From IMG/VR virus record IMGVR_UViG_3300047548_001236, positions 124,001-188,000 of that record: DNA of 64,000 bases. One strand, given 5' to 3'. A program made the translations under genes and the position numbers. Below, in pieces: positions 47,107 to 56,907 of this stretch (its first letter is position 1; every line of letters begins with the position of its first letter). The notes under the pieces are model-generated. The model worked only from the letters and a program-made list of their open reading frames with translations. It was not told the DNA's origin and did no database searches.

Positions 47107-48611
47107 AAAAATTTCGCCAGATAATCTCCGAGGTTGCACAACCCACAGCAGGAGACGAGATTAACTTCAAAGAGAAGCACATTATCGATCATATTTTGGA
47201 CCCAAACTCCGAAGAAGACCAGTTTACTGCTGACAAGATCAAGAAATTCGCAAACCGCGCCGACTACAAGAAAGGCGAGGACATGGCCGTGTATGAAGGT
47301 GTGACACTGTCACGTAGAGATGTTCCAGGCCAGGAAGATGAAGACATTGATAACGACGGTCAAAGAACCAAAGCAGACGCCCAGCTGAGATACCGTAGAC
47401 ATGCTCAGATTAAGAGCAAGATCATTGACGAAGCTGCCGACAAACTGAAAGCAGCCAATCGCAGACTGGATAAGACAATCGTCAAAGATGAAAAGGGCGA
47501 CGCTGATTCGTTCCTGTTTGATGGCAGCCGCAAAGGCAACGTCAAAGGAAAGCAGCTTGCCAATATGGACGAAGCAAAGATGTCTGCCGCTGAGATGAAA
47601 AAGCGCGAAGAGATCGTCATGTCCATGAAGAAAAACGCTGCTGATTTGAAAAAGCGTTATGGTAAGGATTGGGAAAGCGTCATGTACGCCATTGCTACCA
47701 AGCAAGCGATGAATGAATCCAACCATGAGTGGGAAACAGATTCTGCGAAAGTCAAAAAGTCCAACGATCCAAAGTTCATCTCGAAGATGATAGAAAAGTG
47801 GGGATCGAGAGGCGGTGCGTGGTTGAATCATCCAGCGCTAACCGAAGCTCTAGACCCTGTTGGTAAAGAAGATGAAGACGTCGACAACGATGGAAAAATC
47901 ACCAAGTCGGACGCATATCTACGCGCCCGTCGTAAGGCTATTGCTAAAAAACTACAGCAGGAAGGTCTACTCCAGCAAGAAAGTCTAATGGACGTTTTGC
48001 AACCAGTTGGCGGTGAGTATGGCGACGAAGAAAAATCCCATGTTGCCTACAAGAAGAAGAATCAGACCAATCCCGAGCATCACGGTGAACCTGTCGAGGT
48101 CAAGGAAGAATCTGATCTACACGAAGTCTCCAAGAAGACTCTTGGAAGATACATCAAGTCTGCTGGACCAGACAGAGAGCGTTTGATGAAGCGTGCGCAA
48201 CAAACCTCCCAGTTGGGTCACGACTTCAAGTCTACGGGTGATACAAAGAAAGCACAAGAATTGTTCTACAAGGCAGGCGGTGATGTTCTTAAAGCAGCAA
48301 ACCGAAAGGCTGGCATTAACAAGGCTGTCGACAAGCTGACGAAAGAAGATGTGTCGCTTGCAAAACCTAAAACTGGAATGCGTGTATACTCAGGTAAGAC
48401 AAAACAGGCTCAAATTTCTGAAATGGTTGAGCACAAGGTAATCGATTTTGCTGACGGCTCGTCTATGAGACTGACCGCTGAACAGGCTGAGACAATCGAC
48501 AGCCTCTTATTTGCTCTTGATGAAAGCAATGCTCACAGAATGGCTGTGATCATGACTTCGGGTAAAGAAGGTTTTAATGAGATTATGAAGTTTGCCAAGG
48601 AGGTATTGTAA
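47103..48611 (+). CDS. Putative prohead core protein (gp67/gp68 position)
   Basis: Charged K/E/D-rich 502-aa protein between genes 20 and 21, with E-ending segments resembling gp21 cleavage sites and an EVSKKTLGRYIK motif. Confidence 0.6.
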   Translation: MKKFRQIISEVAQPTAGDEINFKEKHIIDHILDPNSEEDQFTADKIKKFANRADYKKGEDMAVYEGVTLSRRDVPGQEDEDIDNDGQRTKADAQLRYRRHAQIKSKIIDEAADKLKAANRRLDKTIVKDEKGDADSFLFDGSRKGNVKGKQLANMDEAKMSAAEMKKREEIVMSMKKNAADLKKRYGKDWESVMYAIATKQAMNESNHEWETDSAKVKKSNDPKFISKMIEKWGSRGGAWLNHPALTEALDPVGKEDEDVDNDGKITKSDAYLRARRKAIAKKLQQEGLLQQESLMDVLQPVGGEYGDEEKSHVAYKKKNQTNPEHHGEPVEVKEESDLHEVSKKTLGRYIKSAGPDRERLMKRAQQTSQLGHDFKSTGDTKKAQELFYKAGGDVLKAANRKAGINKAVDKLTKEDVSLAKPKTGMRVYSGKTKQAQISEMVEHKVIDFADGSSMRLTAEQAETIDSLLFALDESNAHRMAVIMTSGKEGFNEIMKFAKEVL

Positions 48612-48868
48612 TGGTTGATATAGTCATTAAGTTGACAAAGCCAGAGATATCTGTCACCACAGCCAACACTGTATACGACAGCGCTCTGTTCAGAGTCTAC
48701 ACACCCTCTGGAGGATCTGATGCTTTAATCACTGTTAGAAGCGCTAACGGTGCCGTGATCGGATCGATGACTCAACCTGCTGGTTTCGTGGAGGTTATGA
48801 ACAAAAATCCGTCGGACACTGTTGAATCGAATACTGCTGTGTTGTGTTCCCCGGTCGCATGGAAGTGA
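48611..48868 (+). CDS. Hypothetical protein in the head operon
   Basis: 85 aa, coupled to the upstream gene. Confidence 0.65.
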   Translation: MVDIVIKLTKPEISVTTANTVYDSALFRVYTPSGGSDALITVRSANGAVIGSMTQPAGFVEVMNKNPSDTVESNTAVLCSPVAWK

Positions 48869-48882
48869 CAGATTGTCATTTG

Positions 48883-48890
48883 TATAAATA
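48883..48890 (+). promoter_or_regulatory. Late promoter for gene 21
   Basis: TATAAATA. Confidence 0.85.
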
Positions 48891-48908
48891 GAAAGAAAGG
48901 GACAAAAC

Positions 48909-49583
48909 ATGAAACTAATCACAGAAGTAACAGAAGAGTGCTCAGTCGTAACCGAGTCGACAGAGAGCGGCAAGAAAGGATACTTCATCGAAGGTATCTT
49001 CATGCAGGGTGATGTTAAGAATCGCAATGGACGAATATACCCTTCTCCAATCTTGGAGAAGGAGATGCAGCGGTATAACAAAGATTTCATCAAGACAAAA
49101 AGAGCTCTTGGTGAACTCGGACATCCTAACGGCCCTCAGATCAACGGCGATCGCGTTTCGCACCTAATTACTGAGATGACAAGGGACGATTCTAACTTCG
49201 TTGGTAAGGCAAAGATCCTTTCTACTCCAATGGGTGAAATCGTCAAGACGTTTATTGACGAAGGCGTAAAGATTGGCGTTTCTACTCGCGGTCTTGGTTC
49301 TGTGAAGCCCACGAACGAAGGGATCATGGAAGTGCAGGACGATTTCCATCTTGCTACCGTTGACATTGTTACTGATCCTTCGGGGCCAAACTGCTTTGTG
49401 AAGGGCATCATGGAAAACACAGAATACTACTATGATATCGCTTCGGGCAACTGGAGAGTGATGGAAAAACTTGAAGAAACAGTCAAAGAGTTGAAGAAAG
49501 AGTACAAGCCTGCAACAATCCGTAAGATCGATGAAGCCAAAGCCCTGAGAATTTTCGAGAATTTCATATCATCTCTCAAGTGA
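48909..49583 (+). CDS. 21: Prohead protease gp21
   Basis: MKLITE, KNRNGRIYP, ALGELGHP and GVSTRGLGS motifs. Confidence 0.95.
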   Translation: MKLITEVTEECSVVTESTESGKKGYFIEGIFMQGDVKNRNGRIYPSPILEKEMQRYNKDFIKTKRALGELGHPNGPQINGDRVSHLITEMTRDDSNFVGKAKILSTPMGEIVKTFIDEGVKIGVSTRGLGSVKPTNEGIMEVQDDFHLATVDIVTDPSGPNCFVKGIMENTEYYYDIASGNWRVMEKLEETVKELKKEYKPATIRKIDEAKALRIFENFISSLK

Positions 49584-49598
49584 CAAAATCTCGGTTTA

Positions 49599-49606
49599 TA
49601 TAAATA
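49599..49606 (+). promoter_or_regulatory. Late promoter for gene 22
   Basis: TATAAATA. Confidence 0.85.
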
Positions 49607-49645
49607 AAATGATGACAAACGAATCCCATTAAAAAGGAGAGTAAA

Positions 49646-50626
49646 ATGGTAAAGAGAAATCTACAGGAGTTCAAGGCTGACCACGAGGGCGGTGACGTCG
49701 TTCAGGGTGGAGAAGTCATGGAACCAACAGATGCAGTAGGTGGCCCTATCCAGAAGCGCCTTGCAGACATTATGGCTCCAGTCGATCCCGAAGCTGACGA
49801 AGTCGAAGTTGTAGCTCCAGGTAACGCTGCCGTCAAGGTAGTGAAAGAAGACCAGGATGCTGACGCTGCTTTCACATCGCTGTTTGAAGGTATGGACGTT
49901 TCTGCTGACTTCAAAGGCAAGGTAAAGCTTGTTTTTGAGGCTGCTGTTAACGAAGCTGCTGAGACTAAGATCGCAGAAGCTGTCGAAGAAATGGAAGCCA
50001 AGACGGCTGCCCTAACCGAGGAGCTTGAAGTCAAGTTCCAAGGCCAGCTCGACGAAGCTGTTAATGAAGCTGTCAACGGTATTGTCGAAAACCTCGACGC
50101 ATATCTTGACTATGTCGTTGCAGAATGGATGGAAGAGAACAAGGTCGCTATCGAAGCTGGCATTAAGGTTGAAATGGCCGAATCGCTTCTGAACAGCCTC
50201 AAGACCGTGTTCTACGAGCACAACGTTCAGATCGACGAAGAAACAATCGACGTCGTTGCAGACCTCGAAGAGCAAATTGCTGAGCTGGAAGCCAAGGCTA
50301 ACCAGGCTATCAATGAGAGCATCGAGCTTGCAGAAGAAGTCAAGGCTCTTCGCGCTGAAACTATCTTCAACGAAGTAGCAGAAGGTTTGACTACAACTCA
50401 GGCTGAGCGTCTTCGCGTTCTGTCTGAAAAGCTGAACTTCGATGACTCCGACAACTACAAGCAAGACCTGATGACTTTGAAAGAGTCGTTCTTCAAGGCT
50501 AAGGCTGTAGTCAAAGAAGAAGTCGAAGAGATGCTGACCGAAGAGACAGCTCCTAAGAAGACTGTTTCCCAATATGATTCTGTAAATGCACTCGCCGCAG
50601 CTATCAGCTCGATTAAGATTAAGTGA
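49646..50626 (+). CDS. 22: Prohead scaffold protein gp22
   Basis: Acidic coiled coil with FEAAV, YLDYVVAEWMEEN and ESLLNSLK motifs. Confidence 0.9.
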   Translation: MVKRNLQEFKADHEGGDVVQGGEVMEPTDAVGGPIQKRLADIMAPVDPEADEVEVVAPGNAAVKVVKEDQDADAAFTSLFEGMDVSADFKGKVKLVFEAAVNEAAETKIAEAVEEMEAKTAALTEELEVKFQGQLDEAVNEAVNGIVENLDAYLDYVVAEWMEENKVAIEAGIKVEMAESLLNSLKTVFYEHNVQIDEETIDVVADLEEQIAELEAKANQAINESIELAEEVKALRAETIFNEVAEGLTTTQAERLRVLSEKLNFDDSDNYKQDLMTLKESFFKAKAVVKEEVEEMLTEETAPKKTVSQYDSVNALAAAISSIKIK

Positions 50627-50683
50627 AATTCAGAAATTGATAAATAATCTCATAGAACAACAACCAAACAAGGAGAGATACAA

Positions 50684-52006
50684 ATGAGTCAATCTACTCG
50701 TGATCTAGTAGCAAAGTGGGGCCCAATTCTGGAGCATGCCAATTTTGCTCCCATCAAGGACGAACAGAAGAGAGCCATCACTGCTCAGATCCTGGAGAAC
50801 ACAGAGCGTAACCTGAGAGAAGACAGCACCGCTGTTTCGCTTTCCTCGCTTCTGATGGAAACCCCAACAAACGCAGCCGGTACTCTTGGCTTCACTTCAT
50901 CTGCATCCGCAGCTGGTCCTGTCGCTGGTTACGACCCTGTTCTGATCAGCCTGGTTCGTCGTGCAATGCCTAACCTGATCGCATACGACATCGCTGGCGT
51001 TCAGCCAATGACTGGCCCAACCGGCCTGATCTTCGCTATGCGTTCGAAGTACAACGCAATGTCGGGCAACACCTCGGTTGAAGCCTTCTACGGCGAAGCC
51101 GACACCGACTTCTCCGGTACCGGTACTCACGCTGGTGGCCTGAATGGTGACACCGCTGGTGTAACCTACGGTACAGGTCTGCAGACCGCTGCTGCCGAAG
51201 CTCTCGGCTCGACTGGCAACGCTTTTGCTGAAATGGCCTTCTCAATCGAGAAAGTTGCTGTGGAAGCTAAGAGCCGCGCTCTGAAAGCTGAATACACCAC
51301 TGAACTCGCACAGGACCTGAAAGCTGTTCACGGTCTTGATGCTGAGACGGAACTCGCCAACATCCTCCAATCGGAGATCCTGGCCGAGATCAACCGTGAA
51401 GTGGTTCGTACAATCTATCTGACTGCAACCGCTGGTGCTAACAACACTTCGGTTCAGGGAACCTTCGACCTCGACGTCGATGCAAACGGCCGTTGGTCGG
51501 TTGAAAAGTTCAAGGGTCTGATGTTCCAGATCGAACGCGAAGCTAACCAGATCGCAAAAGACACCCGTAGAGGCAAGGGTAACATCGTTATCTGCTCTTC
51601 GGACGTTGCTTCCGCTCTGCAGATGGCTGGTGTTCTGGACTACACCCCTGCTCTTAACTCCAACGCTCTGAACGTTGACGACACCGGCAACACCTTCGCT
51701 GGTGTTCTGAATGGTCGCTTCCGCGTGTACATCGACCCATATGCTACCGGCAACTACCTGGTTGTAGGCTATAAGGGTGCTTCGTCCTTCGACGCTGGCC
51801 TCTTCTACTGCCCATACGTTCCGCTGCAAATGGTCCGTGCTATCGGTCAAGACAGCTTCCAACCGAAGATCGGCTTCAAAACCCGTTACGGTATGGTTGC
51901 TAACCCATTCGCCAAGGGTGCAACTGCATTCGCTGGTTCGGGTTCGGGTCTTGATGCAAACAGCAACAAGTACTACCGCAGAATCAAGGTTACGAACCTC
52001 CTGTAA
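50684..52006 (+). CDS. 23: Major capsid protein gp23
   Basis: GVQPMTGPTGLIFAMR, KSRALKAEYT and FQPKIGFKTRYG motifs. GATAAATA at 50639-50646. Confidence 0.97.
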   Translation: MSQSTRDLVAKWGPILEHANFAPIKDEQKRAITAQILENTERNLREDSTAVSLSSLLMETPTNAAGTLGFTSSASAAGPVAGYDPVLISLVRRAMPNLIAYDIAGVQPMTGPTGLIFAMRSKYNAMSGNTSVEAFYGEADTDFSGTGTHAGGLNGDTAGVTYGTGLQTAAAEALGSTGNAFAEMAFSIEKVAVEAKSRALKAEYTTELAQDLKAVHGLDAETELANILQSEILAEINREVVRTIYLTATAGANNTSVQGTFDLDVDANGRWSVEKFKGLMFQIEREANQIAKDTRRGKGNIVICSSDVASALQMAGVLDYTPALNSNALNVDDTGNTFAGVLNGRFRVYIDPYATGNYLVVGYKGASSFDAGLFYCPYVPLQMVRAIGQDSFQPKIGFKTRYGMVANPFAKGATAFAGSGSGLDANSNKYYRRIKVTNLL

Positions 52007-52042
52007 TCTATATAAAAGAGCCTGGAACCAACCAGGCCAACT

Positions 52043-52069
52043 AGGAGGACCGAAAGGTCCTCCTTTTTT
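52043..52069 (+). terminator. Rho-independent terminator after gene 23
   Basis: AGGAGGACC-GAAA-GGTCCTCCT followed by a T-tract. Confidence 0.9.
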
Positions 52070-52123
52070 GTTGTCTGTTTGTTCGTTAGTCTATATACTA
52101 CATCCATTTGGTGAGAGCGACAC

Positions 52124-53509
52124 ATGTCAAACAAAATTCCCATACCACCCAGAGAAGAATTAGTAGAGTTGTATCAGCAGCCAGCGATTTCAATTTCTGA
52201 AATTGCTCGGAGATATAATACAAGCCAACCGACTGTACGCAAGTGGCTTATCGACTATCAAATTTCTAGGAAAACACAACGAGATGCTTCTCGTGAAGTC
52301 AATGCAGCTAAGCGGCCCAACCTACCTGATTTTGAGACGTTTGAAACAGATTTCTATACACTATCCATCGACGAATTAGAAAAGAAGTATGTCACGGGAC
52401 AATCAACACTATATCAATGGTGCGATGTTTTTGGGATGGAACCAAAAAACCACAGTCAAAGCTGTATTTTAGGTAAAGCGAAACAGTTTCAGCACATAAG
52501 GTATTCCACAGAAGTAGTAGAGACGACTTACAACGAATCGGGCAATCTATCTATTGCTGCTGAAAAGTTGGGCGTCTCATACGGATATATGAGGTTTCTT
52601 TGTAAACAGCATGGGATTGAAGTATTAAACCCTAAACGGTCCAAGCGAGAAAACGACCTTTATGAAAAGTGCGTCAGCATCGCTCCAAAAGACCAGTGGA
52701 AAATCGGCGATCGATCTGCAATAGCCCCTTTCGAGCTCGATATATATAATATCGATAAAGGACTCGCCGTTGAATATTGTGGGAGTTACTGGCACTCCGA
52801 AACGTATGGAAAGAAAGACCGCAACTACCACGCACGTAAACTACAAATGTGTAGAGAAAAAGGGGTCAAACTCATCACCGTGTTCGAGTTCGATGATATG
52901 GAGAAAATAACCGACCTCCTCCGTACCTTGCTTGGTGTCTCTTTGCCGCTTAATGCACGAGAAGCTAGAGTTGTCGACGTTGAACCGTCAGCCGCTGCAG
53001 CTTTCTATCAACGCCACCATCTATCGGGTTCCGTCGGAGCTTCCACACATTTAGGATTGGTTTACGACAAAACAAACGAGATTGTAATGATGGCGTCGTT
53101 TGGCAAAGCCAGAAACGGAAAACACACGTACGAGTGTATGAGAATGGCATCGGACGGTCGTTATAGGGTGAGGGGCGGAGCTTCCAAATTGTTCCACCAC
53201 TTTGATCGACGTATGAACGTTGGCGATACGTTGATCACATACGCAGACCTTCGCTTTGGAGAGGGTAATACATATCTGCACTGCGGATTTGAACGAGCTG
53301 CAGATACGAAGCCAAACTACTGGTATTTCCACAAGAATGCACCGCACATCAAACACTCGCGTGTGGCGTTTCAGAAGCATAAATTACCAAACGTGCTTAG
53401 TCGGTATGACGACAACCTTAGCGAGTACGATAATATGCTACTGAACGGGTATGATCGCATATGGGACTGTGGCAATGCAGTCTACATAAAACAAAAGGGG
53501 AGCATTTAG
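52124..53509 (+). CDS. Hef-like putative homing endonuclease (HTH repeats, DUF559/Vsr-like nuclease, GNAT/Mom-like C-terminus)
   Basis: ELDIY...AVEYCGSYWHS...KLQMCREKGVKLITVFE, then HHLSG, GGASKL, TYADLRF, PNYWY and IWDCG motifs. Confidence 0.7.
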   Translation: MSNKIPIPPREELVELYQQPAISISEIARRYNTSQPTVRKWLIDYQISRKTQRDASREVNAAKRPNLPDFETFETDFYTLSIDELEKKYVTGQSTLYQWCDVFGMEPKNHSQSCILGKAKQFQHIRYSTEVVETTYNESGNLSIAAEKLGVSYGYMRFLCKQHGIEVLNPKRSKRENDLYEKCVSIAPKDQWKIGDRSAIAPFELDIYNIDKGLAVEYCGSYWHSETYGKKDRNYHARKLQMCREKGVKLITVFEFDDMEKITDLLRTLLGVSLPLNAREARVVDVEPSAAAAFYQRHHLSGSVGASTHLGLVYDKTNEIVMMASFGKARNGKHTYECMRMASDGRYRVRGGASKLFHHFDRRMNVGDTLITYADLRFGEGNTYLHCGFERAADTKPNYWYFHKNAPHIKHSRVAFQKHKLPNVLSRYDDNLSEYDNMLLNGYDRIWDCGNAVYIKQKGSI

Positions 53510-53520
53510 CTCCCCTTTTT
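53493..53520. terminator. Bidirectional terminator between the late and early blocks
   Basis: AAAAGGGGAGC-ATTTA-GCTCCCCTTTT. Confidence 0.85.
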
Positions 53521-53737
53521 ATTTGATGATACAACCACGCTTCATTGCATCGTTCTTAGCTTCTTCACCGTACCGAATTTCAATAAAATCCAGTACGGTA
53601 GTCAATGTGCTCTCAAGCACGCCCACCATATACGATTGTTGCAACATACGTGAATACGCACTCGTGTCATCGTATTCCATACTGATTTGTTGTTGTTTTC
53701 GGGCGATAAATGTTTGGACTGCAGTTGCGGTATTCAT
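53519..53737 (-). CDS. Hypothetical protein
   Basis: AGGAG RBS. Lies in the minus-strand operon. Confidence 0.65.
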   Translation of the reverse strand: MNTATAVQTFIARKQQQISMEYDDTSAYSRMLQQSYMVGVLESTLTTVLDFIEIRYGEEAKNDAMKRGCIIK

Positions 53738-53748
53738 TGTTGTTCTCC

Positions 53749-54360
53749 TTACACCAGCTTCGGACGTTCGATGATCGTCTGCTTGACGCCTTCACGATCA
53801 CCATGCGATTTAATCTTGGCAGAGACGTTGATCTGCTCGCCCTTGTTGGCCAGACGCTTCGTGCCTTTATACACGATCACGTTGCCGACCAGATCTTTGA
53901 TCACGTGAATCCATGTGGTACCATAGAGCCCATCAAACCCCTTAACCATCTCGACCACACCTGCGAACGTGATCTTATCACCGACGTTACCAATGTGCTG
54001 CGACTTGACAGCATCGTGTGCACGAGTCTGAGCAATCAGCTCAGCGAAGACTGCAGCCCGCTGAGCACGAGTGCATTCCCAGGTGTGGACATTGCCTTCC
54101 AGATCGACGGCCGAAGGATTCATCGGCGAGCTACCCATCACACGGTAGTTGTCCTCGGGTTCGGTCATCGGCAGGAATTCACCAGCCTTGAACGTACGGC
54201 CAGTCAGTTCGCACTCATATCCATCGTACGGAGCATGAGCACGGCCGTTGGCATCGATCGTCGCTTCCGGATACACTTCCAGAACAACATCCTTCCACGG
54301 ACGCGGAGCTTTCGAGTTGTACACTTGGTTGACAGCGGCCAGGTTGGTGACGATCAGCAT
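53749..54360 (-). CDS. Hypothetical protein with an OB-fold-like C-terminus
   Basis: SQHIGNVGDKITF...YGTTWIH...KQTIIERP. Has its own promoter and RBS. Confidence 0.7.
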   Translation of the reverse strand: MLIVTNLAAVNQVYNSKAPRPWKDVVLEVYPEATIDANGRAHAPYDGYECELTGRTFKAGEFLPMTEPEDNYRVMGSSPMNPSAVDLEGNVHTWECTRAQRAAVFAELIAQTRAHDAVKSQHIGNVGDKITFAGVVEMVKGFDGLYGTTWIHVIKDLVGNVIVYKGTKRLANKGEQINVSAKIKSHGDREGVKQTIIERPKLV

Positions 54361-54394
54361 CTCAAGAGCTCCTATCAGCGTTCCGATAACAGAT

Positions 54395-54422
54395 ATATAG
54401 GGAAAGCTGAGGAGTATGTCAA
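54395..54422 (-). promoter_or_regulatory. Early promoter TTGAC-N17-CTATAT
   Basis: The same spaced motif occurs at 59257-59284, 61712-61739 and 62286-62313. Confidence 0.75.
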
Positions 54423-54426
54423 CTCC

Positions 54427-54660
54427 TCAGCCCTGCGTATCATCCGTTTTTCCTAATAATTTTGCCTGCATCTGTTCCCGAACATCCAACACACGTTCCT
54501 GCTCAATGATCTGAATGCACAGGTTAGTAACCTCAATGTCCTTCTTGAGAAAAAACATCTTCTGTTGAAGCTTTTCAAGCTCGCGCTGGTAGAACTCCAG
54601 CTCCTTCTCTTTTCTCAGCTTGGTTTCGATGATGTTAGTAAGAAGAATTACTTTCGTCAT
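54427..54660 (-). CDS. Coiled-coil hypothetical protein
   Basis: GAGG RBS and operon packing. Confidence 0.7.
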   Translation of the reverse strand: MTKVILLTNIIETKLRKEKELEFYQRELEKLQQKMFFLKKDIEVTNLCIQIIEQERVLDVREQMQAKLLGKTDDTQG

Positions 54661-54669
54661 TGTACAACC

Positions 54670-54993
54670 TCACATGTGGTTGACTGCTTTGATAAACGCT
54701 TCTGCATAAGCAAATGCCTGCTGCACCGTCATCTTGCCGTGCAGGTTGAGCGTGCAAATTACGTTGCCTTCACGATCGACTAGTGTGCCACCAGCACCGT
54801 GAGAAAGATCGCTAATCACAGGCTTTACCTGCTCGGAAGCTGGTGTCATTTGAAGGATCTTTCTCGCGATCTCACTTGCTGTTTTAATGCGAATTTCATC
54901 ATCGCCCATAGCAGGGTGACCGTGCGGTTCTAAGCCGCTGATCATGTCGTCAATCATCCCAAGGATTGCTTTACGTGACACATTGTCGCTCAT
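54670..54993 (-). CDS. Hypothetical protein
   Basis: GGAG RBS before MSDNVSRK. Confidence 0.6.
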   Translation of the reverse strand: MSDNVSRKAILGMIDDMISGLEPHGHPAMGDDEIRIKTASEIARKILQMTPASEQVKPVISDLSHGAGGTLVDREGNVICTLNLHGKMTVQQAFAYAEAFIKAVNHM

Positions 54994-54995
54994 CG

Positions 54996-55508
54996 TTATC
55001 TCCATGCGTTAGATGTGGTGATATACTGCCCTAGCAGATTCAGATCGTTGGGGCGTTTAAGATTGAATACTGGAATGTTCAAAGATTCTGCAATACGAAT
55101 AGCTTGGCCCGTTCCACCCGATGCTTTTCCATCCTTCGTCCAACACACGACAAAATCTACAGGCGATTTCAAGTCTGGACCCAGCACCTGATATGAGTTA
55201 CGACTCATCAGTTTCAAAGCACCTGGTTTAAGACGATCTCCTGCTGGATGGTAGAGCTTGACAAGATCCTCACGATATGGAGGAACGACGTACTGATCGC
55301 CATCAGCCTTCCTATTATTGAAGCCATCCCAAGGTAGGAAGATCCTCTTATTGGGGGATCCTATTTCAAACGCGTTGTCAGCGCCATCAGCTCCACCTGA
55401 GTAAAGAGTGTAGCTGAGGTTGCTTAGTTTTCTAGCAACCTCGGTCATGGTAGAGCATATCTCCGGAGGCGTCTCTCTCGAACCGATCCCAGCGTATGTG
55501 AAACGCAT
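54996..55508 (-). CDS. SLOG-superfamily (DprA/Smf/YspA-like) nucleotide-binding protein
   Basis: YAGIGSRETP, SGGADGAD and GGTGQA motifs. Confidence 0.75.
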   Translation of the reverse strand: MRFTYAGIGSRETPPEICSTMTEVARKLSNLSYTLYSGGADGADNAFEIGSPNKRIFLPWDGFNNRKADGDQYVVPPYREDLVKLYHPAGDRLKPGALKLMSRNSYQVLGPDLKSPVDFVVCWTKDGKASGGTGQAIRIAESLNIPVFNLKRPNDLNLLGQYITTSNAWR

Positions 55509-55526
55509 GTTATATCACAACCTTTC

Positions 55527-55955
55527 TCAGACCCCGTAGAGCTCTGTGGCGATTGCACCAACTTGTTTCATGTCTGCCAGCGCACCCCAATGAGACTTCG
55601 CCCACTTCATGATCTCACCCTTGTTTTGCACTTGCTTGCCATTAAAGGCAAATACAAGAGCCGAACGGATGTCATCCTCGGAAGCCATCTGAGGCAGAAC
55701 CGATTGCAGGATCTGCTTTTCGAAGTTGAAAGCAACCTTGCGACCGTCGTCTGTCGCAACTTTCAGGTTTTCGTCGATCGTCGCAATCAGCTTTTGAACG
55801 ACCTTGATCGCTTCATCGTCAGTGGTTGCACGGTTGCCGTTGTTCTTACCGATCTTCTCAATCTCGCTAAGAGCAAACGTGATCGAAGCTGCAACAGGAT
55901 TTCGCTCTTTACGTAGCCGGAGCGACTCGGCTTTTAGTTTCTCAATCACACTCAT
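55527..55955 (-). CDS. GatB/YqeY-domain protein
   Basis: EIEKIGK...TDDEAIKVVQK...E...L...LPQM...GEIM...ADMKQV pattern. Confidence 0.75.
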   Translation of the reverse strand: MSVIEKLKAESLRLRKERNPVAASITFALSEIEKIGKNNGNRATTDDEAIKVVQKLIATIDENLKVATDDGRKVAFNFEKQILQSVLPQMASEDDIRSALVFAFNGKQVQNKGEIMKWAKSHWGALADMKQVGAIATELYGV

Positions 55956-55967
55956 GTTGTATTTCCT

Positions 55968-56354
55968 TTATTTGATTTGAATCCGGTCAAACAATCGTCG
56001 AAAGACGTCGTGACATGTATGCCTATACTCATGCAGACTCATAGGTTTAGCAGGACCTAGATTTAGCCTGGTTTTATTGTAGCGTTCCCACGCTTCGCTC
56101 GTTTCATAAACGTAGTCTGCGTGCTGGAAGCGATTCAGGTTTTCTTGAGCTACGACATCCCAATCCACATCTTCTATTGGTATGTTGTTGTACTGACCAT
56201 CTGCGTATTGTTTGGGTTTAGTGCGCAACTGCTCAAAATTTGAGACGCCTCGAAGCCTCTCAATCATTCTTATTGCAGCCTCAGCTTCGGCTTCTGATGC
56301 ACCGTTTTGGACGGTCTTCAATGATAAAGCCCGGATTTTCTGCTCTATGCTCAT
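55968..56354 (-). CDS. Hypothetical protein with a DUF2786-like N-terminus
   Basis: KIRAL...GASEAEAEAA motif. Confidence 0.5.
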   Translation of the reverse strand: MSIEQKIRALSLKTVQNGASEAEAEAAIRMIERLRGVSNFEQLRTKPKQYADGQYNNIPIEDVDWDVVAQENLNRFQHADYVYETSEAWERYNKTRLNLGPAKPMSLHEYRHTCHDVFRRLFDRIQIK

Positions 56355-56360
56355 AATACC

Positions 56361-56582
56361 TCACATTGTGTGAGCAGCACCGCGTTGTGCTAACTCGCGC
56401 CAAACCTCATGACCGACGACCATCATAGCCAACGCATTGTCATCCATATACTTAGATGCGATTAGTCGAAGTTGGTCGACTGGACCCACAGTACCTGTTT
56501 TCTCGAACAGCTCCATTTCATCAAAAATGTCCCAGAGCTCTTTGTTGGATAGGTTTCCGATGTGTTTTCTCACTTTGCTCAT
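56361..56582 (-). CDS. Hypothetical protein
   Basis: Coupled to neighbours. Confidence 0.6.
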   Translation of the reverse strand: MSKVRKHIGNLSNKELWDIFDEMELFEKTGTVGPVDQLRLIASKYMDDNALAMMVVGHEVWRELAQRGAAHTM

Positions 56583-56773
56583 ACTTCTTCTCCCATATCA
56601 CAACCAGGCTTTCCTTCAATCACAGTGGGAATGCCTCCAAACTTCACGCAGATCTCAGGATCACGTTTGTCGTAGAGTGCGGTATATAGAATGAGAACCA
56701 CGATCCCCATAACCATTACCGCACTCATGGCAGTCCCTAGAATTCGAGTCAGTCTCTCTGCATTGTACATCAT
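56579..56773 (-). CDS. Small membrane protein
   Basis: Hydrophobic helix. GGAG RBS at 56781-56784. Confidence 0.6.
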   Translation of the reverse strand: MMYNAERLTRILGTAMSAVMVMGIVVLILYTALYDKRDPEICVKFGGIPTVIEGKPGCDMGEEV

Positions 56774-56774
56774 A

Positions 56775-56867
56775 TTACAACTCCACATCTACAAAATCAA
56801 GCTCTCCGATGCATTGAAAGATGGTCCGACCATACTTGTACTACATCGTATGATGCCAATGCCCAAA
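56775..56867 (-). pseudogene. Decayed duplicate of the metallophosphoesterase 3' end
   Basis: Translates FGHWHHTM*YKYGRTIFQCIGELDFVDVEL*, compared with FGHWHHSMAYQFGRTVFVCLGELDYIDVDL in 57763-58449. Confidence 0.85.
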
Positions 56868-56868
56868 G

Positions 56869-56876
56869 TATAAATA
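56869..56876 (+). promoter_or_regulatory. Late promoter of the inserted endonuclease gene
   Basis: TATAAATA at the insertion junction, with AGGAGG RBS at 56895-56900. Confidence 0.8.
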
Positions 56877-56907
56877 CATTATACTAAACGCTCAAGGAGG
56901 GCAACTG

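Noticed and set aside
52068-52096. Early-type promoter before the Hef-like gene
   Set aside because: CTATAT is present, but the -35 candidates give 15 or 18 nt spacing rather than 17 and overlap the terminator T-tract.
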